From: Promethearchaeota archaeon
GTDB taxonomy: Archaea; Asgardarchaeota; Lokiarchaeia; Sigyniarchaeales; SOKP01
Assembly (NCBI GenBank): GCA_019058445.1
Contig: JAHPZA010000010.1
Location: 128,001 to 192,000 of the forward strand
DNA length: 64,000 nucleotides
Direction: 5' to 3'
This document shows, piece after piece, positions 9,477-20,691 of the stretch. Numbering within the stretch: the stretch's first letter is position 1; each line of letters opens with the position of its first letter. The notes under the pieces were generated by a model that saw only the letters and a program-made list of their open reading frames with translations, searched no databases and was not told the DNA's origin. Made by a program: the position numbers and the translations under genes.

Positions 9477-10601
9477 TTACTTTAATAATCCTTTTTCTTT
9501 AAGTTCAGTATAAGCTTTATCAGATTTATCTTTTGCTTTTCCTTGCTGTAATTTTACCCATTCAATTAATTCATGAATACCTTCCTTAAATGTTATGTCT
9601 GCTTTATATCCTAATTCTGATGAAATTTTAGAAATGTCCGCAAAGCAATGTCGAATATCTCCTGGGCGAAACTTGTTTGAAACTATTGGCTTAATTTCTG
9701 GATTAATATATCTAGCAAGTGTTTCAGCAATTTGCTTTATACTTACTGCTTCACCAGTTCCAACATTAAAAATTTGGTTTTTTGCTCTTCTTTTCGTTAA
9801 AGAAAGATAAAAAGCTTTGCAAACATCTCGTACATGCACAAAATCTCTCATTTGATTTCCGTCTTCATAAATTATCGGTCTATTCCCATTCAAAAGTCTA
9901 CTGGAGAAAATCGCACAAACACCTGTATATGGATTAGAAAGAGCTTGTCGACTTCCATATACATTAAATAATCTTAAAGCTGTGGTATTTATACCATAAG
10001 TTTCTCCAATTAACATACACATTTTCTCTTGTTCTTTTTTATTTAACGCATAAATCGAGGTACATACTTGAGGTTTCGATTCATTTGTCGGTATGGGTTT
10101 GGCTTTTTTTCCACATATCGGGCAAAATAATTCCCATTCTCCTCTTTCAAGTTGAGTTACACTCCGTAACTCTGGATTTACTTGTTCACAGTTTTCACAT
10201 ATATAACTTCCCTCCCCATAAGTAGACATTGATGATGCTAAAACAAACTTTTTTATAGTATTTGGTTTATTTACTAATATATCAAGAAGTCGAGCAGTAC
10301 CCAGAATATTAACATCTACATATTTATCAATTTGATACATGGATTGACCAACTCCAACCATGGAAGCTAGATGAATAATGGCATCTATATCCTTAAGCGA
10401 TTCAGATAAAATATCTTTATTTCGAATATCATTTTTTAGAAAAGTAATATTTTTTGCTAGATAATTTGGAGGTCTATCATTCATTCCATGAACTTGCGGT
10501 TCTAGAACGTCATATACAACAATTTCATAGTTTTTAGCCAATAGAAAATCAACTAAATGACTTCCGATAAAACCAGCACCACCAGTAATTAAAACTCTCA
10601 T
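9477..10601 (-). CDS. NAD-dependent nucleotide-sugar epimerase/dehydratase with CxxC..CxxC insert
   Basis: TGGAGFIGS, SSMSTYGEG, YALNK, FNVYG, RDFVHV; CENC...CPIC insert. Confidence 0.88.
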   Translation of the reverse strand: MRVLITGGAGFIGSHLVDFLLAKNYEIVVYDVLEPQVHGMNDRPPNYLAKNITFLKNDIRNKDILSESLKDIDAIIHLASMVGVGQSMYQIDKYVDVNILGTARLLDILVNKPNTIKKFVLASSMSTYGEGSYICENCEQVNPELRSVTQLERGEWELFCPICGKKAKPIPTNESKPQVCTSIYALNKKEQEKMCMLIGETYGINTTALRLFNVYGSRQALSNPYTGVCAIFSSRLLNGNRPIIYEDGNQMRDFVHVRDVCKAFYLSLTKRRAKNQIFNVGTGEAVSIKQIAETLARYINPEIKPIVSNKFRPGDIRHCFADISKISSELGYKADITFKEGIHELIEWVKLQQGKAKDKSDKAYTELKEKGLLK

Positions 10602-10813
10602 AATATTCTACTGAAATTTTTTATTAAATTTGATTTTATATGTTTTGTAATTTTTAATCTAAATTAAAGAATTTTATAACTTTTTCATAAGATCTACTAA
10701 ATCATCATATAATTTAGATTAATGATAAATTATTAGAGTTCCTTCAGAATAAAACTTAAATAAATCAAGAGATACAATAAAATAATTAAATTTTAGATAA
10801 CTTCTAAAAATAA

Positions 10814-11818
10814 ATGAATAATTTAGAGATTCCCTTAGTTTCTGTAATTGTGCTTAATTATAACGGTCAAAAGCACCTAAAAGAATGTTTTGACTCTCTT
10901 TATGAGTTAAATTATAATAATGTAGAATTAATCTTAGTGGATAATAATTCAAAAGATAATAGTGTAGAATTTGTTAAAAATAATTATAATAGGGTTAAAA
11001 TTATTCAACTTAAGTACAATTATGGATTTGCTAAAGCTAATAATATAGCAGCAACTCAAGCTAAAGGAAAATATATTGTTTTACTAAATAATGATACATA
11101 TGTGGATATCAATTGGCTAACCGAACTAGTTAAAGTAGCGGAAAGTTCGTATAAAATTGGAATAGTGGGTAGCAAAATCTATTATTATGATAATAAGAAA
11201 CTGATCAGCTATGCTGGAAGTAGTTGCGATAAATATGGGAAAAGTAATCATATAGGAGAAAACAAAACAGATCATCGAATATTTAATACTGATCGGAAAA
11301 CATTTTATGCCTGTGGAGCTTGCTTATTAATTAAAAGAGAACTATATCAAAAAATTGGTCTATTTGATTCACTATACTTCATTTACAACGAAGATTTAGA
11401 TCTTTGTTGGAGGACATGGATTTTTGGATATTTAGTAATGTATGCTTCAAAATCCTTTATTTATCATAAAATTGGACAAGTAATGGGTAAAGAAACACTT
11501 AGACAAAAATTTCTCGGTGAAAGGAATATTTTAAGAACAGTATTAAAAAACTATGAATTGAAAACCTTATTTAAAATTTTCCCTGTATATATAGGAAGAA
11601 GGATCGGTATAATATTAAGATTTTTAGTCCATTTAGACATATTAGCAATTATAATAATCTACATCTATATAAAAGCCTTTTCTTGGAATATAATTCATAT
11701 TAAATCGCTTATTAGAAAACGTAAAAGAATTCAATCATATAGAACTAAAGATGATAGATTTTTAATACAATTTATGAAAGAAACCATAAAATTGGAAACT
11801 TCATTAAGGAATTTATGA
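10814..11818 (+). CDS. GT2 glycosyltransferase (rhamnosyltransferase-like)
   Basis: VIVLNYN, VDNNS, NYGFAKANN, LLNND, GACLLI, EDLDLCWR. Confidence 0.9.
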   Translation: MNNLEIPLVSVIVLNYNGQKHLKECFDSLYELNYNNVELILVDNNSKDNSVEFVKNNYNRVKIIQLKYNYGFAKANNIAATQAKGKYIVLLNNDTYVDINWLTELVKVAESSYKIGIVGSKIYYYDNKKLISYAGSSCDKYGKSNHIGENKTDHRIFNTDRKTFYACGACLLIKRELYQKIGLFDSLYFIYNEDLDLCWRTWIFGYLVMYASKSFIYHKIGQVMGKETLRQKFLGERNILRTVLKNYELKTLFKIFPVYIGRRIGIILRFLVHLDILAIIIIYIYIKAFSWNIIHIKSLIRKRKRIQSYRTKDDRFLIQFMKETIKLETSLRNL

Positions 11819-11916
11819 TTAGATAAAATTTTTATTAACGTTCATGAATATATATTAGAAACATAACTAATTTGAATATTATTACCTAATAATCGTTTAA
11901 AAAGTCTAAAACAAAT

Positions 11917-12987
11917 ATGGAAATCAAAACTTTCATGGGTCGAAAATTGGGCTATATTAATGGGATTTTAAGAAGACAGATTGAAATTGATAAATATTTA
12001 AAAAATCGCGAAGATATTAAACTATCATATGAATTTTATGATGCACCAAAAAATCCAATCGATTTTCTTTCTAAAAGATATATTTTATATCATTGTAAGG
12101 CATATCATAAATCAAGGACTTTAAAAGATAATATAATATTCCATGTATCTTTTCAAAATCTTGCAGATTTAGTACTGTTTTTAAAAAAAGAAAGAACTTT
12201 TGTCACCTGCTATGATATATTTAATTTTTTAGAAAAAAATACCATAAGAAATACCATACTTGCTCAAAAATACGCACTTATGGGACTTAAAAGTTGTAAG
12301 TACATCATCTCAATATCAGAATTCACAAAAAATGAATTATTTAAGAGATTTAATATTCCCAAAGAAAAAATTAGTGTTATTAAATGTGCTATAAACCATG
12401 AAATTTTCTATCCAATCCGACAAAATGAACTCTCAAATTTAATACCTTTCTATCCTAATTATAAGAAAATACTGCATGTAGGAACGGAAGTAAATAGAAA
12501 AGATATAATTACTTTGTTTAAGGCCTTTTATTTAATTAAAAAAAAGTTCAATAATATTAAGTTAATAAGAGTAGGACCTAGGTCACACTCTAAAGTAATA
12601 AAATCATTAGGATTAGAAAAAGATATAATATATTTTAATAATCTTAACAATCAAAAATTAAGAGAAATATATAATTTATGTGATTTATTTATTTTCCCCT
12701 CCGTATATGAAGGATTTGGTTTTCCAGGATTAGAAGCGGCAGCTTGTGGTACTCCTGTGATTTGCTCCAATATACCTATTTTTAGAGAGTTATATGATAA
12801 CTTCCCGATATATTTCCCAGCCCAAGATTATAAAACTCTTTGTAAGATCATACTTAATACTATTAATAATGAAACTATGAAAAAAGAAATGAGTATTAAA
12901 GGAGTAAATATAGCTAATAAATACCATTGGAAAAATTCTGCTGATAAATATATTAATTTTGTGAAAAATATTATAGAAAATATTTAA
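11917..12987 (+). CDS. GT4 glycosyltransferase (MtfB-like)
   Basis: ISISEFTK, FPSVYEGFGFPGLEAAACGTPVI. Confidence 0.9.
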   Translation: MEIKTFMGRKLGYINGILRRQIEIDKYLKNREDIKLSYEFYDAPKNPIDFLSKRYILYHCKAYHKSRTLKDNIIFHVSFQNLADLVLFLKKERTFVTCYDIFNFLEKNTIRNTILAQKYALMGLKSCKYIISISEFTKNELFKRFNIPKEKISVIKCAINHEIFYPIRQNELSNLIPFYPNYKKILHVGTEVNRKDIITLFKAFYLIKKKFNNIKLIRVGPRSHSKVIKSLGLEKDIIYFNNLNNQKLREIYNLCDLFIFPSVYEGFGFPGLEAAACGTPVICSNIPIFRELYDNFPIYFPAQDYKTLCKIILNTINNETMKKEMSIKGVNIANKYHWKNSADKYINFVKNIIENI

Positions 12988-13132
12988 AAATAAACTGTTT
13001 GTGAGTCAATATTTTTTTATATATCAGATAATCAACTTTGTGAGAGTTCCATTTAAAAATATATGATATATACGTTTTACAAAATGAAATTTATATATTT
13101 TTAAAAATTTTAAGAATTAAAGTCTAATTCTC

Positions 13133-14401
13133 TTGAAAGTGTTGAAAATTAAAAGAAGAAATAGAAGCTTTCTCTTAATCTTTGATAAGCTTCGTAACAT
13201 TTCGCTTATTAAAGATACCGGAATGATTCCTTATTATTTTCATCGCAAATATCATTATAGTTCAAAAATATTAACATATAGGAATGATAAAGCATACCCA
13301 TTTTTACAAGAATACTGTAAAGGGCTGGAGTTAGAATTCTTAAAGAGAAGAAGGTTTTTAAATAAAATATTGGGAATCGAAATTCCCGCTTTAATCTATC
13401 TTATCAAAAATTTTAAAAAAATCCATATTTTAGAAGTTATTTGGCTATCAAATAGCTCAATTCTTTATGGAATTCTATATAAAATGTTAAATAGAAATGG
13501 ATTTCTTTACCTAAAATTAGATGCTACTGAGAAAATAAAATACCATAATAAACTTCATCCTCATGGTTATTATGATTACCAATATTATAAAGAACAAAGT
13601 ATCGTTAAAAACCTCATAAATTCCTTTAGAATAATTCTAGGAAAATTTTTTGGCAATTTGTTTTTTAAAAAGTTAGATTTAGCAAGTATAGAAAGTGTAA
13701 AATTATACAAAGATATAAAGGATTATCCAAGAATTAAACACAAGCTAATTTATCTGCCAAATGGAATAGATGATTATTTCCTAAAAGATCTAAATATTAA
13801 AAGGGTAGATTTTAGTAAAAAGGAAAATATCATTTTAACCGTTGGTAGAATAGGATGGGTGGCAAAAGACCATCACATATTTTTAGAGGCTATAGCTAGT
13901 ATAGAAGATTTAAAAAATTGGAAGATTTATTTGGTAGGAGGTATATATGATAAATTCAAAGATTATATATCTCATTATTTTGTAAAATACCCCCATCTCA
14001 AGGATAAGGTTATATTTATTGGTGAAATTCTTGATCGAAAAAAATTATTAGAATTTTATCAGAAGAGTAAAATTTTCTGTTTAACATCAAATGTTGAAAG
14101 TTTTGGAATTGTATTAGTTGAAGCAGGTTATTTTGGTAATTATATTGTCAGTACCAATTTACCATCAGCTCGAGATATAACTTCAAATAGTCAGTTTGGA
14201 ACTCTATTTAAAATTCGAGATACTGCTAGATTAACAGAAATTCTTGAAAATTTAATTGATAATGAAGAACTTATGGAGAAGAATTATCTTAAAATTCAAA
14301 ATCATATCGATAAAAAATTTTTATGGAGCAAGATTATCTCAAAATTATATAGAGAGTTAAATAAAAGAAGCAATTTGAGATTTTCAAATAAACATGGTTA
14401 A
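13133..14401 (+). CDS. GT4 glycosyltransferase
   Basis: LPNGID, VGRIG..K, TSNVESFGIVLVEA. Confidence 0.88.
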   Translation: MKVLKIKRRNRSFLLIFDKLRNISLIKDTGMIPYYFHRKYHYSSKILTYRNDKAYPFLQEYCKGLELEFLKRRRFLNKILGIEIPALIYLIKNFKKIHILEVIWLSNSSILYGILYKMLNRNGFLYLKLDATEKIKYHNKLHPHGYYDYQYYKEQSIVKNLINSFRIILGKFFGNLFFKKLDLASIESVKLYKDIKDYPRIKHKLIYLPNGIDDYFLKDLNIKRVDFSKKENIILTVGRIGWVAKDHHIFLEAIASIEDLKNWKIYLVGGIYDKFKDYISHYFVKYPHLKDKVIFIGEILDRKKLLEFYQKSKIFCLTSNVESFGIVLVEAGYFGNYIVSTNLPSARDITSNSQFGTLFKIRDTARLTEILENLIDNEELMEKNYLKIQNHIDKKFLWSKIISKLYRELNKRSNLRFSNKHG

Positions 14402-14542
14402 TTAATTGATGAGTTATAAGCTATGATTTACTTGGTTACTTAAAAAATATTTTAAATAAATGTTTTTAAAAGTAAATTTACATAAACTTTAAAAATAGTT
14501 TTTATTCTTTATAAAAAAAAAGAATAACTAATAACATAGAAT

Positions 14543-15985
14543 ATGCAGAAAAAAGTTATACTAATTACGATTGATTGTCTGCGAAGTGATCGCTTAGAAA
14601 TTTATGGATGTAAAAGAAATATTGCTCCTAACCTTAATAAATTGAGTAAAAATTCAATAATTTTTAATACTGCTATAAGTAATGGTCCTAATACTCCCTC
14701 TTCATTTTATGCGATGTTTACATCAGAGGTCCCAACATTAAAAGGACGTTATGCTCCCCTTTCCGATAGGTTAGAAACTTTTATAGAAATTATTAAAAAA
14801 AATAAAATAAAAACGTGTGGTATTCATTCAAATCCACATTTAGGAAAATACTTTAATTATCACAGAGGTTTTGATAAATTTGTTGATTTAATGATTCGAA
14901 AAGAAGAAAGTTTTAAAAGGAGATTTTTTAAAAAGTTGAATTTTTTGCTGAATAAACTGAAAATCACAATTTTTATAGATAAATTTTTATCTTCCGAAGT
15001 TTTAAATTTTAAATTCAAAACTAAGGTTAATACTCTTCTTAAAACTAAAGAATTTTTTTCGCCATATGCTGATGCGAAAGCAATTGTATCAGAAGCTATC
15101 AATTGGTTAAACAAAAATTATCGTTCAAATTTCTTCTTATGGTTGCACTTTATGGATGTACATGGTCCATTAATACCTACTAAAACAAACTTTAAAAAAG
15201 TAGCTAAATCATATAATTATAAATTAAATAAGCCGTTTCTATCTTATATTAAGACAAATTTAGATGAAAGAAACTTAAGTAAAAAGGATTTACCAATTGT
15301 TTCAATACTTTACGATGCAGAAATATTATATTGTGATTACTATATTGGATTTCTATTCAATTATTTAAAAAATAAAAAAATATACAATGATACAAATATC
15401 ATTATAACTTCAGATCATGGCGAAGCTTTATGGGAGCATAATTTTACAGGACACTATCCTTATCTATATGATGAGCTCTTAAGAGTACCTCTTATAATCA
15501 AATTGCCATTATCTAATTCTCTAAATAAATTAATTAATACCCAAGTAGAACTAATAGATTTAGCTCCAACTATCTTGGATATTTATGGAATTCCTAAATT
15601 AAAGCGTTTTATGGGAACCAGCTTAATTCCGTTAATTAATGGGAAAGATAATTTCAATCATCCAGAATTCGCCATATCTGCAACTTATAAAAACAAAAAT
15701 AGATCGTTTCATGGATTAATTAAAAATCTTGATGATTGGAAACTTTTAATTAGTATTAGAAGTAAGTTCTGGAAACTGATATTTTCAGAGCAAAGAAATA
15801 AATTTGAATTATTTAATCTTAAAAAAGATCCGAAAGAGCGGAAAAACATCTATGATAATAAAAATGAATTAATCCTAACAATTAAAAGCAAATTAATAAA
15901 AAAAATTAAACCGTTTTTAAAAAGAAGGATTACCGAAAAAGAAAAAATTAAAGAATCAATTGAAAACATTGAAATAAAATTTTAA
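14543..15985 (+). CDS. Sulfatase-like hydrolase/transferase (AlkP superfamily, Thr at the nucleophile position)
   Basis: ITIDCLRSD, NTPSSF, HFMDVHGP, TSDHGE, GH..LYDELLRVPL, DLAPT, ELFNL..DP.E. Confidence 0.85.
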   Translation: MQKKVILITIDCLRSDRLEIYGCKRNIAPNLNKLSKNSIIFNTAISNGPNTPSSFYAMFTSEVPTLKGRYAPLSDRLETFIEIIKKNKIKTCGIHSNPHLGKYFNYHRGFDKFVDLMIRKEESFKRRFFKKLNFLLNKLKITIFIDKFLSSEVLNFKFKTKVNTLLKTKEFFSPYADAKAIVSEAINWLNKNYRSNFFLWLHFMDVHGPLIPTKTNFKKVAKSYNYKLNKPFLSYIKTNLDERNLSKKDLPIVSILYDAEILYCDYYIGFLFNYLKNKKIYNDTNIIITSDHGEALWEHNFTGHYPYLYDELLRVPLIIKLPLSNSLNKLINTQVELIDLAPTILDIYGIPKLKRFMGTSLIPLINGKDNFNHPEFAISATYKNKNRSFHGLIKNLDDWKLLISIRSKFWKLIFSEQRNKFELFNLKKDPKERKNIYDNKNELILTIKSKLIKKIKPFLKRRITEKEKIKESIENIEIKF

Positions 15986-15994
15986 ATCTAAACA

Positions 15995-16969
15995 ATGAAA
16001 ATTCCTAAAGTATCATTAATAATTTTGAATTGGAATAATTGGAAAGACACTATAGAATGCTTAGAGTCTTTGTATCAGATTAACATTGATAAACACGATA
16101 TAATTATTTTAGATTGTGGTTCTAAAGACGGTTCAATCAAGAAAATTAAAGAATATTGCAGTGGTGAACTTGAAGTTTTCTCTCCCTATCTTAAATATAA
16201 ATCTGATAATAAACCAATATCACTTTTTGTTTACGATGAACAAAAATCAGATCATTTGAGTGTTGTTGATAAGTATCTTTCTTGTAATAAAAAAAAATTA
16301 TTCCTTATTTCCTTAAAAAAAAATTATGGTTTTACTGGGGGCAATAATATAGGAATGTCTTTTGCAGAGACTTATTTTAAGCCAGATTATCTGTTTCTAT
16401 TAAACAATGATACAGTTATGATTGACAATATTATTGATGAAATGCTGCATTTATGTGAAAAAAATAATAAAATTGGACTATGTGGTCCAGAAATAAGACT
16501 CTATGGAAATCCAAAAGAAATTCAATTTAAATTAAGATATCAAGGAATCAATAGTCCAACTGAAGTTCCATGGATTTCTGGTTGTGCTTTTCTAATAAAA
16601 TCTGAATTAATCAAAAAAATAGGTTTTTTAGATCCGATTTTTTTTATTTATTATGAAGAGACTGATTATATTCTAAGAGCAAAAAAAGCGAATTATAAAA
16701 TATATTATATCCCTACAAAATCTAAATTATATCATAAATTTGCAGCAACAAACAAAAAAATCAAAGGATTTACACAATATCACATGACTAAAAGCTATAT
16801 TATTTTTATAAAAAAACATTCGAGCAGCAAAGATTTTCATTTTAAATTATCTCAATTTATTAGAAAAGAGATAAAAAAGAATTTAGGAAGAATAAATTTG
16901 TATTTTGTCATAAAAGGAATACTTATTGGATATTTTTTAAGTCTTTTTAGAAGTAGTATCTTAAATTAG
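15995..16969 (+). CDS. GT2 glycosyltransferase
   Basis: IILNWN, NYGFTGGNN, LLNND, SGCAFLI, YEETD. Confidence 0.9.
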   Translation: MKIPKVSLIILNWNNWKDTIECLESLYQINIDKHDIIILDCGSKDGSIKKIKEYCSGELEVFSPYLKYKSDNKPISLFVYDEQKSDHLSVVDKYLSCNKKKLFLISLKKNYGFTGGNNIGMSFAETYFKPDYLFLLNNDTVMIDNIIDEMLHLCEKNNKIGLCGPEIRLYGNPKEIQFKLRYQGINSPTEVPWISGCAFLIKSELIKKIGFLDPIFFIYYEETDYILRAKKANYKIYYIPTKSKLYHKFAATNKKIKGFTQYHMTKSYIIFIKKHSSSKDFHFKLSQFIRKEIKKNLGRINLYFVIKGILIGYFLSLFRSSILN

Positions 16970-16992
16970 AGGGGTACAAATACATTCCTAAA

Positions 16993-18216
16993 TTATAATT
17001 TTTTTTTAAAGAATAGCGCAATGAACATTAAAACATTCAATAAAATCTCTATTACTGTATAAAAAATCATTTTAATCGGGAATGTTAAACCAAACCTTCC
17101 AAAATCTTTTTTATTTATAAACATTCTAAAGAAAATATATTTTCTTACTCTTTTTAAATAAATACTAAAGAAAATAAAAACACCGATAAAAAATAAACCA
17201 AGATGAAAAAACAAGATTATCGGTAGTAAGAATAAAAAAATTGATATTAAAAACAAAAGATAGACTTTTAGTATTGATTTAATACTTTTAGTTTGAAAAT
17301 AATAATTTAACCTATATCCTATATATCTTCTTCTTCGATTATATAATTCTTTATAATTTGTGGGATATTCAGTATATATAGCACTTCGAAAATCCTTTAA
17401 ACGATAAATTCGAAATCCATTGGAAATAATATCTTTTGCTCTAGTAATTTCTTCAATAACTTCTCCCTGTTTTTCTCTAAAAGTGCCAATTTTTTTTATA
17501 ACTTTATAAGTTAAACATGTATTGGGTCCAGACACTTGAACTTCATAATATCTCGTAAATTTACCATTGAAATATCCAATACTGTTTATAAGTAGATATT
17601 TAACCAAATCTTTATCTTCTATGCTTTTTAATGGTCTATTTTCCCCGCAAACAACACTTTCATTTTCATTAATTATTGGATATAACATTCTTAGCAAAAT
17701 TTCGTCAGTTAGATAACAATCGGCATCAATTAAATAGACTATTCCCTCAGATACATAAGCAAGACATTGATTAATTGCTCTTATTTTATTTTTTCCTTGT
17801 ATTTTATATTGCCCTTTCTCTTGACGTAAAAAAATAAAGTTGTCATATTTTTCTTTAAAAGAATTTGCAATTTCAACTGTTTCTTCACTCCCTCCAGCAC
17901 TAATTATGACTTTAATATCAGGGTATTTTAGATTTGCAATTGAAATTAAACAATCTTTAAATACAATTCCTTCATTCCAAGCGGGAATTATAATATTAAC
18001 TAAAGGTAACGATTTAAAATCATCAATTGATATTTGCTCAGGTTCATGGAATTTCTTTAAAATTTTAAGATATTTTCTATCTCTTAAAAAATGAAAGAAA
18101 GTATGATACAAAATAATAATTAATAATATAATAATCATAAGATATTTTGAATTTGAAAAATCTAGAAGATTTTGGATTATATTAATAATAACTGTAATTA
18201 CTTCCATTGAAAACAA
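16993..18216 (-). CDS. Membrane-bound GT2 glycosyltransferase
   Basis: N-terminal TM, IIIPAWNE, IDAD, RRRRY in place of QxxRW, C-terminal TMs. Confidence 0.8.
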   Translation of the reverse strand: MFSMEVITVIINIIQNLLDFSNSKYLMIIILLIIILYHTFFHFLRDRKYLKILKKFHEPEQISIDDFKSLPLVNIIIPAWNEGIVFKDCLISIANLKYPDIKVIISAGGSEETVEIANSFKEKYDNFIFLRQEKGQYKIQGKNKIRAINQCLAYVSEGIVYLIDADCYLTDEILLRMLYPIINENESVVCGENRPLKSIEDKDLVKYLLINSIGYFNGKFTRYYEVQVSGPNTCLTYKVIKKIGTFREKQGEVIEEITRAKDIISNGFRIYRLKDFRSAIYTEYPTNYKELYNRRRRYIGYRLNYYFQTKSIKSILKVYLLFLISIFLFLLPIILFFHLGLFFIGVFIFFSIYLKRVRKYIFFRMFINKKDFGRFGLTFPIKMIFYTVIEILLNVLMFIALFFKKKL

Positions 18217-18301
18217 TATTACAATAACTTATAATTTTAATAAGATAAATACATGTAGATAAAAAAATATTTCTTGCTGAGTAAAGTAGTAAAATTTCTT
18301 T

Positions 18302-19213
18302 TTAGAATATATTTTTATTTTGTAAGCTTTTTATACTCTCTTTAATAACATCTATTTCTTTCGTTTTGTCTTTTTCTTTTTCAAGTTGATTTTTTGAATT
18401 ATCTTCATCTCTTTTATTTTTGAGTATGACCCAGGGAACCTTAACCAAATGTTTTACTCTTAAAAATGGAATATGACTAAATTTCATAAATTCTCCCATA
18501 AGATTGCCATGGTCTGAAGTGATAACAACTTTCCCGTTTAAGTATTCTACAAGATTATATACTTCCTTCATTACTAACTTCAGTGTTCTAATGTATGCAA
18601 TCCATACTCGTTTCAGAGATATTTCCCCTGCTTTAATTACGTCCCATAGCTCGGTTCCCTCAAGATTAAGTTTCGCGTATTTCGGATTATTTCGTATTCC
18701 ATTCATAATCTCAATAAACTCCATATCACCAATATAGGGACGATGTGGCGGATTGAAATGAATTATCATTCTTTTATGAGGATATTTCTTTATTGTGTTT
18801 AAAGTGGCTTTCGTAATTTCTTCAGGGAGAACTGTTTTTAATTTATCGTCCCAACCAAAGTCCCATACTTTTACCACCTTAAAAAATGGATTTATACCGA
18901 AAGTTTTTATTAGATTAAAATCTGAAAAGCGCGGATTGCTAGAGATATAAATTATATCATCAAATTTCCCATTAAAATTCCATTCAATCCATTCTTGTGT
19001 TGTAGAACCACCTGATATAACGAAAGGTACATCCTTTATTACAAAACGAGAAAACATATCATATCTACATGCATCAATGATTATAAGATAGTCCCAATCC
19101 TCATCCATGATATTTATCGCGAATTTTTTTGAATATGGTCTATTAATGGTGTCAATAAGATTTATCAGAATCTTTCGTAATTTTATTCTAGGGATATTTA
19201 TCCTTGAACTCAT
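18302..19213 (-). CDS. AlkP-superfamily protein (archaeal DACRYD family)
   Basis: DWDYLIIIDACRYD, SGGSTT.EW, HF.PPH.PY, ITSDHGN, H....LVKVPW. Confidence 0.75.
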   Translation of the reverse strand: MSSRINIPRIKLRKILINLIDTINRPYSKKFAINIMDEDWDYLIIIDACRYDMFSRFVIKDVPFVISGGSTTQEWIEWNFNGKFDDIIYISSNPRFSDFNLIKTFGINPFFKVVKVWDFGWDDKLKTVLPEEITKATLNTIKKYPHKRMIIHFNPPHRPYIGDMEFIEIMNGIRNNPKYAKLNLEGTELWDVIKAGEISLKRVWIAYIRTLKLVMKEVYNLVEYLNGKVVITSDHGNLMGEFMKFSHIPFLRVKHLVKVPWVILKNKRDEDNSKNQLEKEKDKTKEIDVIKESIKSLQNKNIF

Positions 19214-19267
19214 TTCCTTGTTTAGTTCTTTTCAAAAATTTCTCTAATTTTTAATAAAATACAAATT

Positions 19268-20518
19268 TTAAATTTGTGTAATACATGCTTTTAATCTTCT
19301 AACAATATTATCCCATGAAAACTTTATGATTTCTTCATCAACGATAATATTAGATAAATTTTCATTAACTATATCGAGAAAAAGTTTTTCAACAATCTGT
19401 TGACTTTTTTTAGCATTATTTATTGGAACTACAATACCAAAATTATTTTCCCTAAGGAATTTTGCAGTATATGAATCTTCACGCCCATAATATAGAATCT
19501 TCTTTCTACAACTCAAATAGTCCCAAACTTTAAAACCTATTGTAGGATAATCTAAATCTTCACCTATATGGACTGCTAAATAGCATTGCTTAATTTCTTC
19601 TATTAGTTGTTTTCGTGATAAAAATGGTCCTAAATGTACCAAATCCTGAAGATTCAATCTCTCAATCTGCTTTTTTAAAGAGACATAGTTATATTTACCA
19701 AAAATTTTTAAGGTGAATTTGAATTCTTTAAATATCCCTTTTTTTTTTAGAAGAGCTATGATTTGTAGAAGCGGATTAATATTTCTCTGCCCATATAATT
19801 TTCCAATAAAAGTAAAAATTATTCCATTATTAAAATTATAGTTAAAATCATTAATTTCCCTTAAATTTAAACCATTTTCTATTACACAGATCTTTTTTTG
19901 TTTAAGTTCAGGGAAATATTTTATCAAGAAGTCTTTTAAAGGAGTGCTTATCGCTATTATCATAGTGGCATATTTTAATATTCTCGTTTCGTATTTTAAT
20001 GATATTAGTTTATCTAGATTTTTTCTTTTTCTAATTCCATATATATTATAATTCCAGGGATCTCTATATTCAATAATATAAGGTAAATTGAATTTTCTAT
20101 GCAAAAGATATGCTATTATATGAGAATAGTGAGGGGGGCCAGTAGAATAAATAAATTTTATATCATTATTCTCTTTAAGAATTTTTCTCCCTGCTAAATA
20201 GCCAAAAGGAATCCAATGAATGTAAAAATAAAGGTAAAGAATTCGCATAGATATTTTAAAGAATAATGTTCTCAATCCATATTTTCTTTTTAATTCAATA
20301 ACACGAGTCTTATGAATTTTTAAATTTTGTGGAATTTTCTCAGTTAACTCGTAATCTTTTGGTTCTTTTATTACTTCCCTCCTTGTTAAAATTATAGGAT
20401 TCATCCCTTCTTTAATTAATCTTTTAGATATTTCTAAAGCACGAATGCTATTTTGGTTATTAATTGGTGGAAAGGAATTAACAATAAAAAGAAAGTTCAT
20501 TGAAGGTTGATTATTCAT
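19268..20518 (-). CDS. GT4-like glycosyltransferase
   Basis: SFPP, STGPP.YSH, EYRDPW, ENG, KVWDYL. Confidence 0.85.
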   Translation of the reverse strand: MNNQPSMNFLFIVNSFPPINNQNSIRALEISKRLIKEGMNPIILTRREVIKEPKDYELTEKIPQNLKIHKTRVIELKRKYGLRTLFFKISMRILYLYFYIHWIPFGYLAGRKILKENNDIKFIYSTGPPHYSHIIAYLLHRKFNLPYIIEYRDPWNYNIYGIRKRKNLDKLISLKYETRILKYATMIIAISTPLKDFLIKYFPELKQKKICVIENGLNLREINDFNYNFNNGIIFTFIGKLYGQRNINPLLQIIALLKKKGIFKEFKFTLKIFGKYNYVSLKKQIERLNLQDLVHLGPFLSRKQLIEEIKQCYLAVHIGEDLDYPTIGFKVWDYLSCRKKILYYGREDSYTAKFLRENNFGIVVPINNAKKSQQIVEKLFLDIVNENLSNIIVDEEIIKFSWDNIVRRLKACITQI

Positions 20519-20691
20519 TCTTATTATGTATAATAATTAATTCACTAACTATTATTTCATTTTAAGATTATTATTTTTTTTCGTGATTTTTTCTTAATTA
20601 TATATAATATCTCTAAATTATAGAGCTATTTAATAAAATGAGAATTATAGCAAAATTTAAAAAAAATATTAAGAAAATTTAGGAGATAATA

